DNA of 64,000 nucleotides from an uncultured bacterium (GCA_903857865.1 CAIOGO010000006.1:66511-130510); one strand, 5' to 3'; counted from the stretch's first letter, positions 17,678 to 27,727 are shown. Program-made: numbers and translations. The notes: a model not told the origin generated them from the letters alone.

Positions 17678-19108
17678 ATGCCTACGCCGAGGATCAGGCG
17701 ACCTCGGTACACCACCACCTTGACGGACGCGGCCCGCTTTGGCTACCCTCAGCGGAGGGTGCGGCTTTCCGAGTACGGGGTCGCACGGGGGTGGGGTGTG
17801 CGTCCGGTCGCCGGTCTTCTACGGTTCAAGCTCCGAAAGACGACTGACGAGATCGACTCCGTGCTCACTCATCTTGTCCGCGACGTTGGGCGTTGGGTGC
17901 CCTTCTACCGAGATCTGTTCCGCAACGCGGGGATCGACGTCGCCCGCTTCCGCGGCGCCAGGGATCTTGCGACGCTCCCTCGCTCCTCCAAGGATGCCTT
18001 CCAGGAATCCCCGGAGCGGGACTGCCTGCGACAGGGTCGTGACCCTCGACGGTGTGCGCGGACGAGCACGAGCGGCTCAACCGGCGCGCCCCTCACCCTC
18101 TACCTGAGCCACCCGGAGCTCTACTTCCGCCGCTATAGCGTGCTGACAGGTCTTCGCCACTACACGCCGCTTCGTTTTCCCGTGCGCGTGGCCGACGTGG
18201 GCTCCATGGTCCCTCACGGCGGGAGAAGCGCCGAGCAGAGCTTGGGGATTGTGCACCTCCTTCGCATCCCGGGAAACATGCCCTTGGCAGAGCAGCGTGC
18301 CGCGCTGCTCAGGCATCGGCCGACGATTCTACAGGGGTATCCAACGTGCCTGGAGCTCCTCGCCGAGAGCCTCTCCGAGAGCGAAGCAAGACAGGTTCGC
18401 CCTCTCCTCGTCGCCTGCCGCGGCGAGCAGCTGCGTCAAGGCACCCGTGACCTCCTCAAGCAGACCTTTCGCACACACATCGCGAGTCTCTACAACTGCG
18501 AGGAAGTGGGGAACCTCGCGTGGGAATGCCCTGACCGTGCCGACCGATTCCACGTGAACCGCGACACCTGTGTGCTCGAGGTGCTTGACAGCCATGGAAG
18601 TACGGCCGACGGGCAGGGGGACGTCTTCGTGACCAACCTGTACAACCGAACGATGCCGTTTCTGCGTTACCGCCTCGATGACCGGGCGCGGCTCGTTGGC
18701 CCCGCAGAGCGCACGTGCTCGTGCGGAGCGGCCGGGCCTTGGCTCGAGGACCTCAGCGGCGGCGAGGACGACTTCGTGTCGTTCCCCGACGGGCGGCGCA
18801 TGTCCCCGCTTCTTCTCTCGAATGCTCTCTTCGACGGCTTCCGCGCTCCCGGTGACCCGCATCGGCTCAGCCCTTCCGTTCGTCGTTACCAGATCATCCA
18901 GGAGGAGGATTACTCACTTCGCGTCATCCTCGACTGGCGAGGACCTTTCGACGCGGTCGTGTGGCGGCAGATTGCCTCCGAAATGAATCGGGCGAGTCAG
19001 GGCCTACGCTGCACGGTGGAGAGAAGCGCGGCATTCGAGCTCACGGCGGCAGGCAAGTTCAAAGAGGTCCTATCCAGGGCGCCGGTCGGAGCAGCGCAGA
19101 GATTCTAG
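17678..19108 (+). CDS. Phenylacetate-CoA ligase / CapK-family adenylate-forming protein
   Basis: VPFYR, TSGSTG, YNCEE, VTNLYNRTMPFLRYRLDD, YQIIQE and GKFK motifs. Confidence 0.85.
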   Translation: MPTPRIRRPRYTTTLTDAARFGYPQRRVRLSEYGVARGWGVRPVAGLLRFKLRKTTDEIDSVLTHLVRDVGRWVPFYRDLFRNAGIDVARFRGARDLATLPRSSKDAFQESPERDCLRQGRDPRRCARTSTSGSTGAPLTLYLSHPELYFRRYSVLTGLRHYTPLRFPVRVADVGSMVPHGGRSAEQSLGIVHLLRIPGNMPLAEQRAALLRHRPTILQGYPTCLELLAESLSESEARQVRPLLVACRGEQLRQGTRDLLKQTFRTHIASLYNCEEVGNLAWECPDRADRFHVNRDTCVLEVLDSHGSTADGQGDVFVTNLYNRTMPFLRYRLDDRARLVGPAERTCSCGAAGPWLEDLSGGEDDFVSFPDGRRMSPLLLSNALFDGFRAPGDPHRLSPSVRRYQIIQEEDYSLRVILDWRGPFDAVVWRQIASEMNRASQGLRCTVERSAAFELTAAGKFKEVLSRAPVGAAQRF

Positions 19109-19917
19109 TCTTGAGCGCTCCGCGTTCTTCCGTGCCTGCGGCCAACGGCGCAGGTCACCGCATGCCTCCCGCGCGGCCGCGCCCCGTCTCCTCATGCCGA
19201 CTTCCGGGTGAGGACAATGGGCGGCGGCGTGAAGAACGTGATGGACTGCTGCCCGACGTACCCGGGCAGTAGCGGCGTCCACGTGGTGCGGCACGTCTTC
19301 TCCGTGAACTTGATCTCCACCTCGACCACGCCATCCCTGTTCGTGGTGTAGTCACGCGATGTTCTTCGACGAACGCGATCACGACGCCTGGTACGGCCCC
19401 TTCTACCTGGGTGGGCCGCTGCAGACGCCTGCCAGTAGTCGAATACTGCCCCGCGGTTGGACCCATGCGCTCGAGCGAGGCGGCTCACGTCTCCATCGGA
19501 ACTGAACCGCCCCGGCTTCTCCAGAGGCTCCACTGCCTGAGTCCGGTGGCTATCTGATCCAAGATGCCAACCGATGCGACTTTCATGTGAATCTTCGGAA
19601 GCTCGAGAGTTGTCCAATAGGGCGTACCAGGTGCCAGAAGTGAGCCCTTCGGCGCGAGGTCGAAGGGTTTTCTCCTTCGGCTCGACGTTGCCACCGAGCC
19701 TACGAACCACAGAACGCAAGAGGGGCAAGAGAACTGCAGCGCCGTCGGGCGAGTTGCGAGTGAGAACGTAGGCGGCGCCCGCCCGGAGCCGAGCCCCCGG
19801 AAGTCCCGGTCTCGTCACGTTGGGCTCGCTTCGGGTTGCGGGCGGAGTGGAGACTGTCGCCTCTCCCACGGTGCATGGCATCAGACAAGCCGTTGCGTCG
19901 TTCGTTTCCGGGAGCTG

Positions 19918-19926
19918 TGCTATAAT
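19918..19926 (+). promoter_or_regulatory. Extended -10 promoter
   Basis: TGCTATAAT about 30 nt upstream of 19955. Confidence 0.6.
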
Positions 19927-19954
19927 CGGCGCGGCAGAACGGGAGGGAAGGAAT

Positions 19955-20593
19955 ATGAAGCGGACGTTGCGGTGGCTTGGGGTGTTGGCGCTGATCGGGG
20001 CAGTGGTAGGACTCGCAGGGTGCGCGATCGGGGACTCGCCGCCGCAGGCCGCCTTCACTTGGACTCCTTCGGACCCGATTGCCAGAGCGGACGTTCAGTT
20101 CACGGACGATTCGACCGACCAGGGCGGCTGGTTCAGCGCCGGCGGCATCACGGCGTGGAATTGGGACTTCGGCGATTCGGACACGTCTTCGTCCCAGAAC
20201 CCGAAGCACCAGTATGCCAAGGGCGACACCTACGACGTCCGACTCACGGTGACCGATGCCAGCGGCGGTACGGCGACGAAAGAGAAGACGATCACGGTGA
20301 GCCCGAGCCTCGACGGCACCTGGCGAGGGACATGGGATAGTTGCGCGAACTTCTTCGACCTGACGCTTGAGCTCAATCAGTCCGCGACCGGAGGGATCGG
20401 CGGCATCATGTACATCGCCACCCAGGCGTACCCTCTCAACGGTGCGTCACTTGCCGGAAGCCAGGTGTCGATCAGCCTGCTGAATGGACTCATTCTTCAG
20501 GGAACGCTGAGCGCCGACGAGCGCAGCATGTCCGGCCAGTGGTCATTCCAAGGGAACACGGGCTGCACGTGGTCGGTGAGTCTGCGCGACTAA
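19955..20593 (+). CDS. PKD-domain lipoprotein
   Basis: Lipobox LAGC; WNWDFGD...QNPKHQY...YDVRLTVTD; C-terminal LDGTWRG beta domain. Confidence 0.88.
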   Translation: MKRTLRWLGVLALIGAVVGLAGCAIGDSPPQAAFTWTPSDPIARADVQFTDDSTDQGGWFSAGGITAWNWDFGDSDTSSSQNPKHQYAKGDTYDVRLTVTDASGGTATKEKTITVSPSLDGTWRGTWDSCANFFDLTLELNQSATGGIGGIMYIATQAYPLNGASLAGSQVSISLLNGLILQGTLSADERSMSGQWSFQGNTGCTWSVSLRD

Positions 20594-20621
20594 GGGATCG
20601 CACTTCGGCGATTGCCGAGAA

Positions 20622-20655
20622 GGCATGCGGCGCAGCCAGAGCTGCGCCGCATGAC
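20622..20655. terminator. Hairpin between convergent genes
   Basis: CATGCGGCGCAGC-loop-GCTGCGCCGCATG. Confidence 0.6.
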
Positions 20656-20677
20656 CGTTTCCTACGTAAGTCCCTGA

Positions 20678-20887
20678 CTACAGGACGGTGACGTCCTGTG
20701 CTTGGGGACCCTTCTCTCCTGACACGACGACAAACTCCACCTTCTTGCCCTCCTCGAGCGAGCGATAGCCCTCGCCGCGGATCGAGCTGAAGTGAACGAA
20801 CACGTCATCGCCGCTTTCGCGCGAGATGAAGCCGAAACCCTTGGTGTCGTTGAACCACTTGACCGTTCCGGTTTCGCGTTCTGCCAC
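20678..20887 (-). CDS. cspA: Cold-shock protein (CspA family)
   Basis: GTVKWFN, KGFGFI and DVFVHFS motifs; 69 aa. Confidence 0.96.
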   Translation of the reverse strand: MAERETGTVKWFNDTKGFGFISRESGDDVFVHFSSIRGEGYRSLEEGKKVEFVVVSGEKGPQAQDVTVL

Positions 20888-20991
20888 GAGTACCCCTCCT
20901 TACGTGCTGGCTGATTCATCGAGGCAGAGCATTCGAGTGTGACCAGATCCCTGTACTCCTGCAAAGCGCTGCACGATGCCAACAAACGCGC

Positions 20992-21020
20992 AATCTATCC
21001 GCGGCTCGGGAGGTTGTCAA
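20992..21020 (-). promoter_or_regulatory. csp promoter
   Basis: TTGACA-N17-TAGATT, giving a ~100-nt leader as is typical of csp genes. Confidence 0.65.
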
Positions 21021-21023
21021 GGC

Positions 21024-21430
21024 GCGGCGCGCTCTCGTCAACAGAGCGCGTAAGCATCCTCTCGTCAAACCCGGATGCGGCGCGCTTTCGTTAGCAGAGC
21101 GCGTTGGCATCCTCGATTCAGGCCCGGGGCGCGGCGCGCTCTTGTCAACAGAGCGCGTTAGCACCCTCTCCTTGGGCCCGGGGCGCGGCGCGCTTTCGTT
21201 AACAGAGCGCGTTAGCACCCTCTTCGTGGAACCGGGCGCGGCGCGCTCTTGTCAACAGAGCGCGTTAGCACCCTCTCCTTGGGCCCGGGGCGCGGCGCGC
21301 TTTCGTTAACAGAGCGCGTAAGCATCCTCTCGCCAAACCCGGATGCGGCGCGCTCTCCTTAGAACCGCGCGTAAGCATCCTCTCGTCAAACCCGGATGCA
21401 GTCCGTTCTCTCGTTAGACCCGAACGGGCC
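21024..21430. repeat. Tandem array of seven 53-54-bp two-hairpin units with a degenerate tail
   Basis: Units start at 21024, 21077, 21131, 21185, 21238, 21292 and 21345; consensus GCGGCGCGCTYTYGTYAACAGAGCGCGTWAGCAYCCTC-N15/16. Confidence 0.92.
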
Positions 21431-21457
21431 GCGCTCTCCTGAGAGCCACCCGCGGTG

Positions 21458-22414
21458 CTAGAAGGGCGTCTCCGCGCCCACGTAGCACTGAAGCCCGGCA
21501 TCGGAGAAGAGCCGCCGATGGCCCGCCATCTGGTCGCCGGTCGGAGGCTGGGCCTGCGCATGCGCGTACTCCAACCCAAGCTGCGCGTACTTTGACTCAG
21601 CCATTCGGTGGAAGGGTAGAAGGTTCACCTCGATGAGCTGGAGCTCGGCCAGGAATCGAGCTGTGGCACGAAGGTTCTCCGGTGAATCGTTGAACCCCGG
21701 AACGATCGGGATCCGAACGACCACGCGTGTCTCACGCGACGACTGCGCCAAGTTCACAAGGTTGGCAAGGATCTGCTCGTTCCCGACGCCGGTGCCGCAG
21801 TGATGAGCCGCACCGTCCATGTGCTTCAAGTCGACGAACAGCCAGTCTGTGCGACGCGCGACGTCCAATACGAGCTGCTGGTCGGCGTGTGCAGAGGTCT
21901 CGACGACCGTGTGGATGTACGCCTCACGACAGGCGTCGAGTGCCGCCAGCAGGAACTCCGGTTGACTCGTCGGCTCGCCCCCGCTGAAGGTGACGCCGCC
22001 CTCCGGCCCCCAGTAGTCGCGATCCCGTCCCAGGGTTCGCATCAACTCGCGCACGGACATCCGGCGCCCCGACACCTCCAGCGCGCTGTTCAAACAAGCA
22101 GAGACGCAGCTTTGCGCATCGCACGTCGCGCAGAGCGTTCGATCGAAGATGGGGGGAAGCGGTGCGGCGGGGTCGACTCGGATCGCACCATACGGACAGG
22201 CAGCGACGCACGGAGTGCCGTCGGACCGGCAGCGGGACGCTCGGACCATCAGCCGTGGTCTCGGGAGGAGCCCCTCCGGATTGGCACACCATGAGCAACG
22301 CAACGGGCACCCGCTCATGAAGACTGTGGTCCGGCACCCCGGACCGTCGTGCACCGAGTGTGCCTGGATGTCGAAGATCAATCCCTCCACGGGCGCGCTC
22401 AGCCGTTCCTCCAT
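21458..22414 (-). CDS. hpdA: Glycyl-radical activating enzyme (4-hydroxyphenylacetate decarboxylase activase)
   Basis: HDGPGCRTTVF; GCPLRCSWCANPE radical-SAM motif; ferredoxin-like Cys insert; GGVTFSGGEP; operon context. Confidence 0.9.
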   Translation of the reverse strand: MEERLSAPVEGLIFDIQAHSVHDGPGCRTTVFMSGCPLRCSWCANPEGLLPRPRLMVRASRCRSDGTPCVAACPYGAIRVDPAAPLPPIFDRTLCATCDAQSCVSACLNSALEVSGRRMSVRELMRTLGRDRDYWGPEGGVTFSGGEPTSQPEFLLAALDACREAYIHTVVETSAHADQQLVLDVARRTDWLFVDLKHMDGAAHHCGTGVGNEQILANLVNLAQSSRETRVVVRIPIVPGFNDSPENLRATARFLAELQLIEVNLLPFHRMAESKYAQLGLEYAHAQAQPPTGDQMAGHRRLFSDAGLQCYVGAETPF

Positions 22415-22668
22415 TCGAACCACTCGCACGTCACGGCAACGAGGTCCGGGTACGTCATCGGCCGGTCCGGCGTGGCCGAGCAGGCGCCCGTGTACTCTTC
22501 TTCACTCGGCGAGTACAGCCTGCACTCGGCGCACCGCGGCAGGCGGTCGAACGAGGGGCAGGCGTCGTCGTCTGCGCGGACGGTCCCTTTCGTCACGTGG
22601 CAGATTCCCTTGACCACATCGATGGGGGCGTAGTTCCGGCAGTACATGTGCCTAGACGAGGCGCTCAC
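22399..22668 (-). CDS. hpdC: 4-hydroxyphenylacetate decarboxylase small Fe-S subunit
   Basis: 89 aa with HxxC..C..C and CxxC..C..C duplicated 4Fe-4S ligand pattern; lies between the GRE and its activase. Confidence 0.88.
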   Translation of the reverse strand: MSASSRHMYCRNYAPIDVVKGICHVTKGTVRADDDACPSFDRLPRCAECRLYSPSEEEYTGACSATPDRPMTYPDLVAVTCEWFEWRNG

Positions 22669-25381
22669 GGTTGCACCCCCTGGTACTCCGTGCGGGCGAT
22701 GATTTCATCCTGAATCGGCTTTCCAATCTCCACCCAGTACTGCGTGAACCCGGCCACGCGAACAAGGAGGTCGCGATACTCCTCCGGGTGCTCCTGAGCG
22801 TGCTTCAGGATCCTCGAGTCCACCACGTTGTACTGGATGTGAAAGCCGCCCTTACGCATGTAGGACCGCGTCAATTCGAGCAGCTTCTTGGTTCCCGCGC
22901 GACCGTGGATTGCACTCGGGTGGATCTTCAGATTCAGCTGGGAGTTCTGGGACTGGGCGTGATCCCAACACGTCGCCGAGGAGAAGAGGGCGTACGGTCC
23001 TTGCCGGTCAGTTCCAGGGTAAGCGGACATGGAGGCATCGGCGAACGTTGTGCCGGCCAGGCGCCCGTCGGGCGCGGCCATCGTGACGGCTCCCATCGGC
23101 GCGTGCGTGGAGACCGAAATCTGGCAAGCATAGTAAGGCCGCGCGTTGAGCGACTCGTACTCCCTGCACTTGGCGCAGAACCAGTCTTCCCACTCCTTGA
23201 GGATGTCGTCGACGTACGGATTGTCGTTTCCGTACTTCGGGGCGGTGAGGCACTCGACGTGCGTCCGGTCGTGCTCGGTGCTCTCCCCGCGCTTCTCCTG
23301 GGACGAGAGCGAGAAGGAACCCACCTCGTCGGCCGTCTTGAAGCCGAAGTTGTCCGCGAGGGCCTTCCGCAGTCCTGCGAGGGAGATGAATCCCCTGTCG
23401 TAGACGAGGGACTTCAGCGCAGCGAGGCTGTTGATCAGGTTGATCGTCCCGCACGTCTCGACGTTGTGGGTCGCGTTGTACCGGTATCCGAGTTCGTTGA
23501 TGAGATGCCCGGACTCGAGGCAGTCCGGCTTGAGGAGCGAGTTGAAGATGGCCATGTTGTTCTTGCGCCAGACATCGTGCTGGATGTTGTTTGCGAGCGC
23601 GAGCACCTCAACGGCCCTTGCGAAGTACGCCTTGACCTGATCGAACACTTCCTCGTACGAGGCGAGCGTCCGGCCGTGCGGGGGGAACACGCGGAGCCCC
23701 GTCCGCTGATCGGTGCCGTCGAAGAGAACGAGCTCCAGGATCTTGGGAAGGGAGAGGAAGTGAACGCCGACGCTCGTTGGTTGTCCCGAACCGCCTGGGA
23801 TCCAGTACGACTGGCCGTTAAGTACAACGGGCATCCAGGAACACGGAGACGTCTCGAGGCAACCGCCGATGGCGATCGCCCGCGCTTCTTCCAGATCCAT
23901 GCCCTCGGGACCGTATTGGTCCATGAGGAATTCGATCCCCGTCCGATTGTTCACGACGGCCGGATAGCCCGTCCCCGTCTTGATGCACTCCATGGCCTTG
24001 AGGAGGAACGACTCCGGCAGCTTGTCGTCGTAGAGGAGAGTCAGGGTGGGCTGTGTCGATGCGCAGGTCATCGCCGCTTTGATGATCAGCTCCTCGAGAC
24101 GATTGTTCGCCGGGCTCCCGTTTCGATCGAGACCACCGATGCTGAGGTTGTTGAACGTGTTCCCCGACAGGACGCCCCCGACGACGCCCATCGAAGCGAA
24201 GCAGTCGAGGCAGGTGTACTTGATGCGGAGGCACTCGAACAGCTCGAGGGCCTTCTGCTCGTCGAGGCGGCCGGCCGCGATGTCCTGCTCGTACCATGGC
24301 CAGAGGATCTGCCCGAGGCGGCCGGGTGACAGTCCGGAGATGACGTCCTCATTCAGCACGGCAACGTGCACTGTCCAACTGAGTTGCAGAGCCTCGCGGA
24401 ACGTCCGCGGTGGATGATGGGCGATCCACTCGAGGCACTCGGCGGTCTCGGCGTACTCAGTGCCTGCGCCGACTCCCTTTCCATCGCCTCGAGTCGGCGC
24501 GCCTCCTGTGCGTAGTTCTGAATCCACGCCTGGATTCCCCGAAGGACGTGACTCACCGCTTCGTAGTTGTAGAGGCGGTTCATGCCGGTGAGCCCGTCGC
24601 CGTCGGGGTGCCCCGCCACCTCGCCCTTCTTCCGCTCCGCCATCGAGATCAGTTCGTCGAACCCGAACTGCAGCGGGTAGTAGTAGTTGACGACCTCGCG
24701 CCCCTGCGGCAGCGTGTAGCCCGAATCGAACATGCACGTGACGGACTTCATCAGGGCTTCTTTGATCTCGTACCCGGGAACCATCTGCTCGTACTTGTGC
24801 CCCACATCGTCAACGGATCGGTCCTCCCAGGCGTGGGCCACTCGGAGCATCGCCGGAACTTCCTCTTTTCGGATCCCGAATTTCCCTGCGATCGACACGA
24901 CGGGACCGAAGCTCTTCGTCACGTTGCCCCCACCCGACCCGAAGGTAGAAACCGCGTCCGCGCTCGCGCTGCCTCGCGCCAGCGCCTCCTGATAGAGCTG
25001 GTTCTCCGCCGCCATATAGTAGCCCTCAGACAGCCACGGCATGGGGAAGGAGCCGCGGTAGTGGTAGGTCTTCCCCATGACGAGGAGTTCGCCGGGGAAG
25101 ATCGTCGGCGTCAGGTGCCGAAACGCGGACTCGAGGGCCAGGGCTCGGCGGACGACGGGGACCTCGTTGTCAAGACGCATGTAGGTCCGGGTGTACCAGT
25201 GCGGGAACTCGTTCGTCGCGGAGGAAAGGGCGTCGTAGTACAGGTCGCGCAAGCGCTGGACGCGGGGGAACGGTTTGCCGACGACTTCGCGCGGCATGGG
25301 CTCCGACGGCGGCTTGCCCATCGCTTGGTACTCCAAGTGGGCGTCTGCCTGAGCAAGGATGTCCGTCAGTTTGCGCGGCAT
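22665..25381 (-). CDS. hpdB: 4-hydroxyphenylacetate decarboxylase large glycyl-radical subunit, split by a 1-nt frameshift near 24458
   Basis: ORFs 24353-25381 and 22665-24737 join to about 905 aa; Cys loop GGCLE; Gly loop [25 protein letters not shown] and NVETCG segments. Confidence 0.87.
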
Positions 25382-25521
25382 GGTTCCTCCTCAGTTCTAC
25401 GGCGCCGTGATGCACGGCATTGCGGTTGCTGTCCGCGTAGCTGCGATCGAAGCCGCGCAGGCGCTTTCGGTTGCAGCATGGCCTAGCGAGAGTCTACCGA
25501 CCAGGTGCGCAGATGGCCAAC

Positions 25522-25760
25522 GCGCGCTCCTTTGTCAGAACCGAGCGCGTAGGCGCGCTCCTTTGTCAGAACCGAGCGCGTAGGCGCGCTCCTTTGTCAG
25601 AACCGAGCGCGTTTCGCTGGACAGGGCGCGTTCTCTCGTCAACAGAGCGCGGGCGCGTTCTCTCGATAGAACCGAACGCGGCGCGCCTACGTAGAAGAGC
25701 GCGTGGTGGACGGGACGCGTTCTCTCCACAGAACCGAACGCGTTCCGCTGGACCGAGCGT
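25522..25760. repeat. Hairpin tandem array related to 21024-21430
   Basis: About three exact 31-bp copies of GCGCGCTCCTTTGTCAGAACCGAGCGCGTAG, then degenerate copies; CTCTCGTCAACAGAGCGCG at 25633 is identical to 21032. Confidence 0.9.
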
Positions 25761-25800
25761 CGCGAGCCGAGGACTATTCGCCGGGATGAGGGAGGGCAAC

Positions 25801-27150
25801 GTGGGAGAGTCCGGCAGCAGGCTGACGACCGGGCAGGTGTTCCGCACGTGGTGGCCGCTCGCCGCAAGCTGGGTCCTCATGGCGCTCGAGGGGCCGCTGC
25901 AGACCATCTTCGTCGCCCGCTTGGCCGACCCGAAGATCCACCTCGCCGCGTTCGGCAGCGTCGTCCTTCCCATCGCCATGCTCATCGAGGCGCCGATCGT
26001 CATGCTCTTGTCGGCTTCGACGACGCTCTGCGTCGACCGCGACGCCTATCGCAAGATCCGCCGGTTCATGCACGGGTTGTCCGCCGCTCTGACGGCGCTT
26101 CACGCCATCATCGCGCTCACGCCTCTGTACACGCTTCTCGTCGTCAGCGTCCTCCACGCGCCACCCGAGATCGTCGAGCCCGGCCGCATCGGGTTGATCC
26201 TCACGATCCCATGGACCTGGTCTATCGCTTACCGCCGCTTCAATCAGGGCGTCCTCATCCGCTTCGGACGCTCCCTGACCGTGGGAGTCGGCACGTTCAT
26301 CAGGCTCTGCGCCAACGGCATTGTGCTCACCCTTGGGTTCACCCTGCTCAAGGTCCCCGGCACGACGCTCGCCGCCCTCGCGATCACCGCCGGCGTGGTC
26401 AGCGAGGCCGCGTATGTCGGTCTGTGCGTCCGCCCGGTCGTACGCGACCGACTCCCGCAGGTGTCCGAGGCGCAACCTCTGAGCTACCACGCCTTCCTCC
26501 GCTTCTACGTGCCGCTCTCACTGACATCGCTTGTCCTGATGGGTATACGGCCTGTGCTGAGCGCTGCCGTTGGCCGCATGCCGAATGCCCTCGACTCGCT
26601 TGCAGTGCTTCCCGTGATCAACGGGCTCGTCTTCCTCTTCCGCAGCGTCGGGGCGGCGTACAACGAGGTCGTCATCGCCCACCTCGATCGCCCTGGATCG
26701 TCGATCGCCCTGGCGCGGTTCGCCCGTTGGCTCGCCGTCGCCACGACGCTTGGCCTCGTCACGATCACCGTGACGCCGCTGTCGGGAGTGTGGTTCGGCT
26801 CCATCTCCGGACTCGACGGCTCGCTGATGGACTTGGCGCGATCCAGCCTATGGCTCACGCTCCTCCTCCCCGGCCTCGCGGCAGCCCAGAGCTTCCTGCA
26901 GGGGATCATCCTGCACAGCAGGCGCACGCGAAGCATCACGGAAGCGGTCTTTGTCTACCTCGTGGCGAGCGTGGTCGTGCTGTGGGTCGGCGTGGCGTGG
27001 GGAGGGACGAGCGGCGCGTTCGTCGCTCTTGCCTCGCTGGCCGTCGGAGAGATCTTTCGCACGGCGTGGTTCGTCTGGCGGAGCCGCGAGCCGCGGCGCG
27101 TCCTGCGCGAGCGGGACCGCGGCGAACAGTCGGCTACCGCGGAGGCGTAG
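25801..27150 (+). CDS. MATE/MOP-superfamily (ANKH-like) multi-pass transporter
   Basis: About 12 TM segments in two similar halves (WWPLAAS...LAAF and YVPLSLT...LAVL); QGVLIR and QGIILH. Confidence 0.75.
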   Translation: MGESGSRLTTGQVFRTWWPLAASWVLMALEGPLQTIFVARLADPKIHLAAFGSVVLPIAMLIEAPIVMLLSASTTLCVDRDAYRKIRRFMHGLSAALTALHAIIALTPLYTLLVVSVLHAPPEIVEPGRIGLILTIPWTWSIAYRRFNQGVLIRFGRSLTVGVGTFIRLCANGIVLTLGFTLLKVPGTTLAALAITAGVVSEAAYVGLCVRPVVRDRLPQVSEAQPLSYHAFLRFYVPLSLTSLVLMGIRPVLSAAVGRMPNALDSLAVLPVINGLVFLFRSVGAAYNEVVIAHLDRPGSSIALARFARWLAVATTLGLVTITVTPLSGVWFGSISGLDGSLMDLARSSLWLTLLLPGLAAAQSFLQGIILHSRRTRSITEAVFVYLVASVVVLWVGVAWGGTSGAFVALASLAVGEIFRTAWFVWRSREPRRVLRERDRGEQSATAEA

Positions 27151-27727
27151 CGCGCTGTCGCTCCTCGATCGCGCTCCACACACGCTCCGCGACCTCTTCG
27201 AGCGAGGCGTCCGCGTCGATGCGGACGGAGTCGTCCGCCGGAGCCAGCTCGTCGTTGCGGGCCGCGTGATGCCCACGCCCATCTTGCCGCAGCCGGGCGC
27301 CGCGCACGAGGGATGAGGCATCGAGCCAGAGGACGACGTCAAACAGATCTCGATCCACGTCGGGCACTGACGCCAACAGCGCACCTTCCACAAGAAGGAC
27401 CTGCCGGCCACGCCGCTCCTCTTCCCCAATCGATGCGGCGAGCGCCGCGTTGACAGCCGGGTGAACGATCCGCTCGAGGTCCCGTTTGCTCGCCGGGTCG
27501 CCGAACGCCTTCGCAGCGAGCGCCCCTCGGTCGACGCGCCCGTCGGCGGCGAGGATGTCGGAGCCGAACCGTGCCAAGAGGGCATGGAATGCCGGTCCGG
27601 CCGGCTCGTACGTCGACCAGGCGACGCGGTCGAGATCGATCCAGGCGACGCCGGCCCGACGGGTCAGTTTCCGCGCCACCGCACTCTTTCCGCTGCCGGC
27701 GGGTCCGGCGAGACCGACGACGATCAT
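27134..27727 (-). CDS. coaE: Dephospho-CoA kinase
   Basis: GLAGPAGSGKS; VDRGALA..AF; LERIVHP. Confidence 0.9.
   Translation of the reverse strand: MIVVGLAGPAGSGKSAVARKLTRRAGVAWIDLDRVAWSTYEPAGPAFHALLARFGSDILAADGRVDRGALAAKAFGDPASKRDLERIVHPAVNAALAASIGEEERRGRQVLLVEGALLASVPDVDRDLFDVVLWLDASSLVRGARLRQDGRGHHAARNDELAPADDSVRIDADASLEEVAERVWSAIEERQRATPPR

Noticed and set aside
17036..19110. Intact integrative element at tRNA-Arg
   Set aside because: No integrase, transposase or distal att copy found; only local remnants
21024..21430. CRISPR array
   Set aside because: Variable parts are only 15-16 nt, are reused between units and form their own hairpins; repeats are degenerate; no cas genes in the window
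20916..21579. Repeat-protein ORFs across the tandem array
   Set aside because: The 53/54-bp units do not keep frame, and the translations are by-products of the DNA repeat
24440..24480. Programmed ribosomal frameshift or recoding in hpdB
   Set aside because: No slippery sequence or in-frame TGA/TAG at the junction; a single-base indel explains it
22665..25381. Pyruvate formate-lyase or choline TMA-lyase
   Set aside because: Cys loop is GGCLE rather than CCVS or GCVEP, and an HpdC-type small subunit is present
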